A stretch of 7,925 nucleotides of DNA, from the NCBI RefSeq assembly GCF_000143415.4, contig NW_003314646.1, positions 1 through 7,925 on the forward strand, read 5' to 3'. Below are positions 1 to 7,763 of this stretch, in pieces. Each line of letters begins with the position of its first letter. Within the stretch, counting starts at the first letter, position 1. Both the position numbers and the translations under genes were made by a program. Below the pieces are notes generated by a model, which was not told the DNA's origin, made no database searches, and saw only the letters and a program-made list of their open reading frames with translations. Source of the stretch: Selaginella moellendorffii (Eukaryota > Plantae > Lycopodiophyta).

Positions 1-326
1 TCCGGAGAGATGCGGGGCTGCTGCTCCGGAGCCTTTTGTTCCTCGCTACCCGAGTTTTTGATCTGGAAAAGAGAAGCAGCGAGCATCAATTTCTAGAGAC
101 TAGCCACCGGACGCTTTGTTTGCAAAAACGTACCTTTCTCGCTCCAACAGCGCCTTTGATAGAACCTATCCAACGAAAGAGCGCTCGGTTTAAGACCTTC
201 GAGCTACCACGAGGAAAAAAAAGAGTTTGTCCTCTTACCTCGAGAGGACGAAGAATGCGAACGATGGCTGTAAGACTTGGCACCGCCGTTTGGAGGTGAC
301 ACCTCTGGAACCTCGCGGATCTCCAT
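1..326 (-). CDS. 5' part of a spliced host gene of unknown product: exon1 326-239, exon2 165-134, exon3 62-<1 (MEIREVPEVSPPNGGAKSYSHRSHSSSSRGSIKGAVGARKIKNSGSEEQKAPEQQPRISP...)
   Basis: On the minus strand there are two canonical GT-AG introns: 238-166 (GAG|GTAAGA ... TTGGATAG|, 73 nt) and 133-63 (AAG|GTACGT ... TCTTTTCCAG|, 71 nt). Splicing both keeps the frame open from the ATG at 326, which directly follows an in-frame TGA, to the window edge. No recognisable domain. Confidence 0.65.
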
Positions 327-746
327 TCACCAGTAGCGCTCCTCATCTCTTGGCGAGCGACAAGATCAAGAGCTCCTCAGATCCAATTCCAACCATCTAT
401 CTGGATTGGAATTATCCAGCGCTAGCTAGAGGAGCTAAGCCACTACCACACAAAGGGGAAAGAAAGATGGAGAAAGGTCTCTCTTTTCTCCTCTCGGCTC
501 TTCTCTCATCCTGGCCAGTCGCTGTCCACTTATCCTTGACTTTGGTTGATCAGATATGATCATCTCCCCCTAGGCATGAGAAACCAATCCTTTTTACTCT
601 CTGGCTCGCAAATCCCACCCAGTAGAGCAGCACGACAAATCCAGTGACCCAATTGCTTGCTCGATCGGCCCAGCCCGGCAAGAATGTGTCCTGCGCGCGC
701 CAGCGAATGCCCACGAAACAAAAAGCTGCAAGAGAGAAAAGAGGGA

Positions 747-750
<4 letters not shown>

Positions 751-776
<26 letters not shown>
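751..776. repeat. (GA)13 microsatellite, (CT)n on the minus strand; probably in the 5' leader/promoter of the left-edge gene
   Basis: Perfect GA dinucleotide run inside a purine-rich tract (about 730-805). CT/GA tracts are common in plant 5' UTRs and core promoters. Confidence 0.9.
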
Positions 777-781
<5 letters not shown>

Positions 782-1632
782 CTCGGCGCGCAGAAGAAAG
801 AAAGCAATCCAATTTCTGGACGCGCGCTTTCCAGCCTGACCGGACAGAGGAGTTGCTACTCTCTTGCTGCCTGGGGGGATTTGGACACTCCCCACACGCA
901 AAGATCACAAATGCCCCCACGAAGAAAATGATCGTCGTTTGCGCGTTAAGAGAGATTTGGAGAGTGTGATAGTGACCAACTTTGGTCGTAAAAGAGAGCA
1001 AAGTAAAAGAGCGACCTTTGCTTTGCTTTGTTGCTTTGGATGGTGATGTGATCAATGACAGAATAAGAGAAATTGTTGCCTTTATGCCTGTGATCTTTTT
1101 CTTTTCTCCCTTTAAGACTTTAACGCTTGAGAGATCTAAACGAAGAACATGATCCTAGATCTAGCTGGTTATTAAAATTCCGAAATGTTTTTCCTTCTCC
1201 CCTCCAGAAAAAGAGAAAGAAATTTGCTTTGCTTTCATGTCTGCTGGCGAGCAGGCGCCATAAGCTGCGGCATTAATGAAGAGCTTCTTTTGTGATAACC
1301 AAGAACAGCTAGCTAGCACAGGCACACACTCTACTGTGCTTTGATTGTGGTGGTGGTAACCTTCCTAATCGATGTAATGCGCGATTCACTTCACGATGTA
1401 AGAGACGAGCACGAACGAAGGAACACGAGAAAGAAGCTGGACGATGATGTTTGCCTGCGTTGGTTCTTAAAAATCTGGAAAAGCGCTGGGCTTGTCTTCA
1501 CCTCATTGGATTTTCCACTGTCGATGTCTCAAACAAATGCTTTGCTTATGCCTGAAAGTGACACAAGCCACCTATGAGCAAACTTCCCAAGAGCAGGAAA
1601 CCAACAAACCTTCGCTGTGGATCCATTTCCAT

Positions 1633-1638
1633 TTTATT
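1633..1638 (-). terminator. Candidate poly(A) signal AATAAA, possibly the original signal of the lipase gene
   Basis: TTTATT on + reads AATAAA on -, 4 bp outside the left TSD. In the reconstructed empty site it would lie about 85 nt after the lipase stop codon. Confidence 0.4.
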
Positions 1639-1642
1639 CGAA

Positions 1643-1647
1643 CACCT
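1643..1647. repeat. Target-site duplication CACCT (left copy)
   Basis: CACCT immediately precedes the LTR start TG at 1648 and is identical to 7684-7688. Confidence 0.95.
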
Positions 1648-2076
1648 TGAAGCTCGAAAGGAAAACCCCAAGCCCCAACACTACTAGTCTAGAATCCAAG
1701 GATCTTTCCACTTGGAAAGTAGCACACACTGCTTTGCCAAAAGGTAGGATGGTTTGCATTGAATGGATGTGAGTATATAAACACAAGGAAGGGTTGCGAC
1801 CCTTGAGTTGAGGATCAGTGATGTGTCCAAAAGAGGCATCCCTTGGAACCTTGTGTCAACAAAGTAAGGGATGTGACTTATGGATCACTGAGGTGGCGGA
1901 GACTCAGTGACCCTTGGTGGAGATTGATGAAGTGTCGAAGGGGTGCCACCTAAGGATGGTCTAAACCCAAGGTTTAGCCCTAACCCAAGGATTAGTACTA
2001 ACCTTAAGCCCAAACTCACCACTTAGGCTCAACCTTAGCCCAAGCTAAGTATTTAGGCCATTTTTGGGGTGCGACA
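1648..2076 (-). repeat. 3' LTR (429 bp)
   Basis: Direct repeat of 7264-7683 (TGAAGCTCG...GGTGCGACA on +). By eye it differs only by A1832/G7439 and a 9-bp segment near 1797-1805. Adjacent to the PPT. Confidence 0.97.
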
Positions 2077-2400
2077 TCACCCCCCCTCCAATAGTGCTAC
2101 ATCCCGGAGCACTCTCCTCCTCACTCCCTTGAGATGGATAAAATGTCTCCGGCGGGTAGTACTTCCGTAGGCGAGACCCGTTCACGCGAGTAGAAAGAGA
2201 AGTTCCTTCCATATCCTTGAGTTGCACCGAGCCGTTTGGAAACACAGCTTCCACTCGATATGGTCCAATCCAGCGAACTCGAAGTTTGCCAGGTCGCTTC
2301 CAATACTTACTCTCGTAGAGAAGTACTAGGTCACCCTCGTTGAAGAGCTTGAGACGAAGGAATCGGTCATACCATGCCTTCCTTCTTTTCTGGATAGCTT
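2045..2400 (-). pseudogene. Integrase C-terminal remnant (GPY/F module); HHCC and DDE core missing
   Basis: AIQKRRKAWYD..FNEGDLVLLY..PGKLRVRWIGPYRVEAVFPNGSVQL..VNGSRLRKYY is a typical gypsy integrase tail. The stop codon (2047-2045) lies inside the 3' LTR. Confidence 0.9.
2080..2089 (-). other. Polypurine tract (GGAGGGGGGG)
   Basis: Purine run on the minus strand, 3 nt upstream of the TG start of the 3' LTR. Confidence 0.9.
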
Positions 2401-4302
2401 CCCGTTCTTCTTTGGCACCACCACAATGGGAGAGACCCACTCGCTCCCCTCCACCTCCTCAATGAAGCCGGCAGCTTGAAGTTTGTCGATGTCCTCCTTC
2501 ACTACCTTTGCATAGCGCGGGTTGAGGCGGTAGGCTCGCTGGCGACGAGGAATAGCACCGTCAACCAGGCAAATTCGATGTTGAGCGATTTCGGAATCCA
2601 CGCCTTTCAGCTCGTCGTAGCTCCACGCAAAGATGTCGCGGAACTCGAGGAAGAGCTGATGGAAGAGTTCTCTGGCATCTGGTGAAAGCTGAGCTCCCAC
2701 CTGCAGTTCCCTCCTCTCAGAATTTCCATTGAACTCAACGAGAAGGGGAACACAGAGTGGGGAAGTGAGGAAATCAGGTTCAGAAGGAGAGGAGTTCACC
2801 TCTATCCCAGCTGGAACCTCTCTGATCTTCAACTCGGCTTCACGACTGTGGAAAAAACGAGCTGGAAAGTTGTCGAGTTCAGGGTCGTACTCCACCGACT
2901 GGAGTCTTGAAACCTCCACAGCGTTGCACTCCACAACGAGAGGCACATCCTCCACCAGGTCCTCAACTTTCTGGAGCAACTCCTGACCGAGAAACAGATG
3001 TTCCTCGGCTTCCTCCAGCTTGTCCAGTTGCAGCACCAGGAACCGGGTGGTGACCAGAAACTCTCCCACGATCAGAGCAACTGTAGGGATAAATCCACGA
3101 ACCTGGTGGTAAACTCCAGGAAGTATCTCCAACATCAGGCCTGGAAAGCCGAACTCCTGCACATCATACTCCTCGGCCACCGCAGCAGTCATGAAGCAGG
3201 TCTGCACCTCATGTAAAACCTGAGCTCGGAGGGTCCCCACATCCACCAAGCGAACGTCCACCACTTGAGCCGAAGGCAATGTGATCACTTGGAGCATGTA
3301 GCAAGGGGGATCAAGCTCTCCTCTTCGAAAAAGGTACAGCCTGCCCCGCTGTCCGAATTCATCTGTTGTGACCACAGTCTCGTGCAAGTAGTTCATCTCA
3401 GCATTAGTAGTCCTCAGCCAATCTGATCCAAGGACAACAGCAATGTCTCCTGGTCGCTTAATCACCAACAGGTTCACGATGAAGCGTTGGTTGCCGAGGA
3501 AGAGAAAAACATCCTCCACCTTGCCGTAAATGGGAAAAACGTCCCCATCAGCACATACGGCCACTTGGTCCTGCTCAGTGATGGTGATCCGCAGCCGAGC
3601 TGCTACAGCAAAGTCAATGGTGATGAAGCTCTGCAGCGCTCCAGGATCCACCAACGTCAAACAATCGAGGCCCTTCACATACCCCATGGTAAACAGTGAA
3701 GCATCCAGCGCAGGATCTCCCCGAACGTTAGGAGGAAAAGGAAGTATCTCCGCTTGGATCATAAGGAAAGGAACCTGGGAAGAAGCTCCCAGCCGCTGAA
3801 GAAGATCTTGACTGCTCACCGTTGAGTGGTGATCGGATATGACCAGCTGCAGCTCTTCATCAGCTCCATTCTCAGAAACGTTCTCCTCAGCCACGAGCTG
3901 CTGGAGCTCCACACCGGGCATCTCCTCTTCCGACACCTCCTCTTGAAACACATCCTCCTCAGTGGATTCAGATGTAGTATCGGAGTCTCCATCTTCTGGT
4001 TCCACAGCTACTGGTTTTTCCCGCTTATATCCCGGCCTGACATGCACTTGGATTGGAATTCGGAAGTTCCCATCCCCGATGGTCAGCACCCCCGTTCCCC
4101 AGTTATGCTCAGCTGATGCTTGAAGCAGCCAGGGCCGGCCCAGCAACAACGGGTAGTTGAGACCTGCTCCCTCCTTCATTTTGAGGACCACGAAATCAAT
4201 GAAGAAGTTTACTCCTGCGATCCAGGTTTTCACACCCGAAACAAGTCCCACGGGCTGAACTCTCCGTTGATCGGCCATCCGGACAGCAAAATGAACTGGC
4301 AC
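2395..4302 (-). pseudogene. pol: pol fragment: C-half of protease 1, acidic linker, protease-like domains 2 and 3, N-terminal start of reverse transcriptase (truncated)
   Basis: MADQRRVQPVG..FVVL..LLLGRPWL (PR1 C-half); LVDPGALQSFIT..ADG..YGKV..VVLGSDWL (PR2); VRGFIPTV..FLV..LFLGQELL (PR3-like); FAWSYDELKG..HRI..YRLNP..IDKLQAAGFIEEV..WVSPIVVVPKKNGKL (RT start). Homology ends abruptly before the expected R.CVD.R motif and there is no YxDD. Confidence 0.92.
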
Positions 4303-5996
4303 AGGCGTGGAAGCTCAAACCTTCTCCACGTTTCCAGCGGCATGATGTTTACACCGCTTCCTCCATCGAGCGTGCAACCACGTATGAGTTCCCCCTGAAT
4401 CTCCACATCCACGCAAGGAGAACTCATATCCGCTATGACAGGCCAGGCAGAGTTCACCACCGCCTCTTTGTGTGCCTGCATGGCTGTGGAAATAGCCTTC
4501 CTCAAACCCGGTGCCAAAGCTAGAAGCTGAGCAAAACTGATACTCGGCTTCTGATTCTTTAAATCAGCGAGAACGTCGTACGGTGGGGGCTGCAAGTTCG
4601 GCACACGCTTGTATCTGCGCCCCTTCTTCCTTGATAGCCCGGCCTCGGGATCTCTCACGCCTTCCTCAGCACTTGCCTTGCCACACTCCATCCTTCGCTC
4701 ACCAGTCGCTTGCTGCAGATGCCCTGTTTGTGAGCCGATGGCACTCTTTAGCGCCGTTCCACCAAGTGCCGTGGCGCTTCCTTCCAGGGCCTTGGCGGAT
4801 GAACCCGCATCCGCTGCCGCCTTTACCTCCGCGCCCCTTCGCTGCTCGGCCACCACATCCCTAATTCCAAAATTAGGGTTCCTGAGTAATTCTGAATTCT
4901 TCGCGTGTGCTGGCGGCGTTGATTCGAATGCACGGTGCAGCGCTGGTTTGTTCTCCATTCCCACTTCCTGCTCCTTGAGGCGCCTCCGGAACCTGCGTAC
5001 AATCGCCTCTGGATCATCCACGTACTCCCCTGGAGCACAAGATTGAACGCCTCCTGCATTCTGCTGCTGCTGCACTACTTGTGAGCGTGTGGCCACGTTC
5101 AGGCAAGGGCGATCGGCTTCCATCTCCCCAGCTCCAAGGTGAATTCCTCCCGATTGCTCCATACTTTGTTTTCCCCTTAATTCAAAATTCGATTTTTGAA
5201 AATTAGGGCTCCCGCCAATCTGGGCATTCCCTGTGATGGTTGTAACTCGGCTGCTATCCCCTCGTCGAAGCTGGTGCTGATTCTTTTGCTGCTGCAGCTG
5301 CCTGTATTCCTCCTCTGGTTCAACATCAGTGTAGACATCTGCTGCATATCTTCCCTCAGCTGTTTGTTGTGCGTTGAACACGCTTGGCTGCAGCATTTGC
5401 CCAGTGGGATCAATTGCATAAGCTTGGGCATTTGCTGTGTAGTGCTCATTCCAGCTGATCGGCTGAACGAAAACAGCCTGAGAGTCAACCACGTTCTTGG
5501 CTCTGGTTTTCTGAAGCTTGTGAGGGCAGTTTGCTTGCTCGTGAAGCCCCTGAGTTTGGCAAATGCCACAAATTGGTTGATAACCAATTTGCTTTCGCGG
5601 ATGCGGGCAATTTGGAGAAATATGGCCCACTTCTCCACAGTTGTAGCATGTCACAGGACCTCTCCTTGGTGGTGCTCGACCCCTTCCTCCTCCTGTAACC
5701 CCCGCAGCATAAACTGGGACCATCTCACCCGTATAAACTGGAGCATAAGTAACCGGTGGAGAGTACGGTTGAGGAAGCATGTGGAGTTGTTGCTGCTGAG
5801 GCATTCCTCCTGGTGTAGCATGGATGTAAGCTGCTTGAACCTGATTCCCCGGCTTATAGTGGCAATCTTCTGATCTATGATTCGCTCGCTTGCAATGCTT
5901 GCAACGAGGTATAGCATCTTGCGGGCATTCGTTGGGATAATGCCCGTAACTTCGGCAACGAACACACCAAATGTTGTCCCTGGTCTTCTGCTGTCG
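4303..5996 (-). pseudogene. gag-pol middle part: four zinc knuckles, spacer, N-half of aspartic protease 1 (LDGGSGVNIM)
   Basis: In frame with gag after a single TGA. Knuckles at 5966-5925, 5903-5862, 5648-5607 and 5570-5526. Pre-protease motif PYDVLADL..ISFAQLLALAP. Catalytic Asp codon at 4367-4365. Confidence 0.9.
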
Positions 5997-7145
5997 TCAT
6001 GGGCTTTGGACTCCCTTAATCCAATTGAGCTGGAGGTCCGACATCTTCTGAGTAAGGGTTTCCACCAAACTTTCTTGTGCTTTCTTCACTTCGGCTTGTA
6101 CTTCAGCTTTCACATCCGGAACCGGTGATTGTTGATAAATGCCATAAGGCATTTGCTGCTGCATCATGGGAGAAGGAACTTGACCAGGTACTGTTGAGTA
6201 TGCCATCTTCGTATAGTCCATAGTTCCCATTCCCGCAGGTGCAACTCCTCCGTGGAGTCCACTTGTTGAATACATGGCTGGATTCGTTGTAGCCATGTTG
6301 GCCATAGGATTGGCCGATGAACTCCCCGAGCTCATCATTTGACGATTCACTCCAAGATGGGCTTGTTCCCAATTCCCAGCAAAAGCTATTGCGGTATTCA
6401 AGTCCGCTGGGCTTTGGCACTTCACGTGAATCTTCAAAGGGAGGGGAAGACCTCCCACAAAGTATCTCACTTGCTCTTCTGCCGTAGGTTGTGGAGTTCT
6501 CTTGAGCAAGAGACCTTTGAATCGCAAGGTATAACTTTGTAAGCTCTCTCCGGGCAACATTTGGAAATCATAGAGGCTATCCATGATCCATTGATTGAAT
6601 CCAACAGGTCGAAACGCTGTTAGGAACGCTGCTCGCAACGCTACCCAATCAGCTCCTGCCGGAATAGTGGTCATCCACTCCGCCGCCACTCCAAGAAGGG
6701 TAGCAGGAAATAGCTTCCTCCTTTCCACGGCTCCAGCTTCATCATTTGCTGTAGTGGTGTTCTCAAATGCCATCACGTGAGCGTCTGGATCTCCAACTCC
6801 CGTGAAGGTAGAGTATTTCATCTTTGTTGTCGCGGTTGCCATTGCTTGTGGTGGTTGTTGTTGTTGTTGCTGACCTTGTCCTTGTGCTTGTGGTGGTGAT
6901 GGTGGTGGTGTAGGAGGTGATATCACAACCTCCTCTTGCTCTTCTTCTTCTTCTTCTTGTTCTTCTCTAGATGATCCAACCGGAGATGTCTCTCGGCTTG
7001 GTCTTGGGCTTGTCTCCGGAGTGGGTGTAGGGCCTTGTCTCCTACGATACCTCTCCTCCCGGAATAACCTTTGTGCTTCTCTTCTCTCGGCTTCTTGTTG
7101 TCTCTCCTCAAGCAATTTCTGGTACTCGTACTGCGAACGGCGCAT
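5997..7145 (-). CDS. gag: Gag capsid-like protein (retrotransposon gag domain), ending at an in-frame TGA
   Basis: First ATG at 7145. The segment FTGVGDPDAHVMAFE..LFPATLLGVAAEW..WVALRAAFLTAF..QMLPGESLQSYTLRF..YFVGGL is a typical retrotransposon gag core with an MHR-like stretch. The N-terminus is low-complexity. Confidence 0.92.
   Translation of the reverse strand: MRRSQYEYQKLLEERQQEAERREAQRLFREERYRRRQGPTPTPETSPRPSRETSPVGSSREEQEEEEEEQEEVVISPPTPPPSPPQAQGQGQQQQQQPPQAMATATTKMKYSTFTGVGDPDAHVMAFENTTTANDEAGAVERRKLFPATLLGVAAEWMTTIPAGADWVALRAAFLTAFRPVGFNQWIMDSLYDFQMLPGESLQSYTLRFKGLLLKRTPQPTAEEQVRYFVGGLPLPLKIHVKCQSPADLNTAIAFAGNWEQAHLGVNRQMMSSGSSSANPMANMATTNPAMYSTSGLHGGVAPAGMGTMDYTKMAYSTVPGQVPSPMMQQQMPYGIYQQSPVPDVKAEVQAEVKKAQESLVETLTQKMSDLQLNWIKGVQSP
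6845..6968. repeat. Trinucleotide runs (TTG, TGG, TTC) encoding poly-Q, poly-P and poly-E in the Gag N-terminus
   Basis: Visible directly; translates as EEQEEEEEEQEE..PPTPPPSPP..QQQQQQ. Confidence 0.85.
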
Positions 7146-7241
7146 ACACACCCCTCCTTTAGTGAAGTCGCCGAGCTGTGTTCGGCTACCGAGCTGTCTT
7201 CGGATTCTTCACTCCATCGGCAGAGCAGCAATGTGCATACT

Positions 7242-7259
7242 TTCCCGGGCAGTGCACCA
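7242..7259 (-). other. Primer-binding site TGGTGCACTGCCCGGGAA, tRNA-Gly-like
   Basis: Starts with TGG, 4 nt inside the 5' LTR boundary. It matches 15/18 to the complement of the plant tRNA-Gly(GCC) 3' end as I recall it (TTCCCGGCTGGTGCACCA). The tRNA assignment is not verified. Confidence 0.8.
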
Positions 7260-7263
7260 GAAA

Positions 7264-7683
7264 TGAAGCTCGAAAGGAAAACCCCAAGCCCCAACACTAC
7301 TAGTCTAGAATCCAAGGATCTTTCCACTTGGAAAGTAGCACACACTGCTTTGCCAAAAGGTAGGATGGTTTGCATTGAATGGATGTGAGTATATAAACAC
7401 AAGGAAGGGTTGAGTTGAGGATCAGTGATGTGTCCAAAGGAGGCATCCCTTGGAACCTTGTGTCAACAAAGTAAGGGATGTGACTTATGGATCACTGAGG
7501 TGGCGGAGACTCAGTGACCCTTGGTGGAGATTGATGAAGTGTCGAAGGGGTGCCACCTAAGGATGGTCTAAACCCAAGGTTTAGCCCTAACCCAAGGATT
7601 AGTACTAACCTTAAGCCCAAACTCACCACTTAGGCTCAACCTTAGCCCAAGCTAAGTATTTAGGCCATTTTTGGGGTGCGACA
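7264..7683 (-). repeat. 5' LTR (420 bp)
   Basis: Direct repeat of 1648-2076, adjacent to the PBS, reading TGTCG...CTTCA on the minus strand. Confidence 0.97.
7390..7397 (-). promoter_or_regulatory. Candidate LTR TATA box (TTTATATA on the minus strand)
   Basis: The only TATA-like motif in the LTR, about 125 bp from the U5 end. Function is inferred from position. Confidence 0.45.
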
Positions 7684-7688
7684 CACCT
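7684..7688. repeat. Target-site duplication CACCT (right copy)
   Basis: Follows the LTR end ...GCGACA at 7683 and is identical to 1643-1647. Confidence 0.95.
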
Positions 7689-7763
7689 GCCGAAACACCA
7701 GCCGGGATTCAGGAAAGAAAGGAAAACAATAGAGTATCACCACCTTTTGGCATTCCTGCCAAG

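Larger units (their letters stand above)
1648..7683 (-). mobile_element. Ty3/gypsy LTR retrotransposon (6036 bp), non-chromovirus-like, internally deleted and non-autonomous
   Basis: Paired LTRs with TG...CA ends, 5-bp TSD, PBS, PPT, and gag-PR-(RT start)-(INT C-terminus) order. The pre-RT motif FAWSYDELKG and the integrase tail WIGPYRV..PNGSVQL..VNGSRLRKY resemble non-chromoviral (Athila/Tat-related) gypsy elements. No chromodomain. Confidence 0.97.

Noticed and set aside
550-1055. Several 60-153 aa ORFs across the GA repeat
   Set aside because: Their ERERER/SLSLSL content is produced by the microsatellite and no domain is recognisable.
1056-1075. TGACAGAA, resembling the start of miR156
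   Set aside because: Only about 8 nt match and no complementary hairpin arm is visible.
1341-1577. 78-aa plus-strand ORF
   Set aside because: Non-ATG start, no recognisable motif, intergenic-like composition.
2401-2440. N-terminus MGLSHCGGAKEE of the 131-aa ORF as a real integrase start
   Set aside because: It is out-of-frame RT sequence upstream of the deletion junction.
2476-6780. Plus-strand and alternative-frame ORFs overlapping gag-pol (e.g. 5196-5873, 4609-5046)
   Set aside because: These are shadow frames of the real minus-strand coding sequence, with no motifs.
6923-7402. ORFs spanning the 5' LTR and leader
   Set aside because: They cross the LTR/PBS boundary, lack any homology signal and partly reflect low-complexity repeats.
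7687-7743. Possible 57-nt intron in the lipase 3' UTR (AAG|GTGGTG ... pyrimidine tract ... CAG|) ending within the TSD
   Set aside because: The donor is weak and there is no reading-frame constraint to test it; transcript data are needed.
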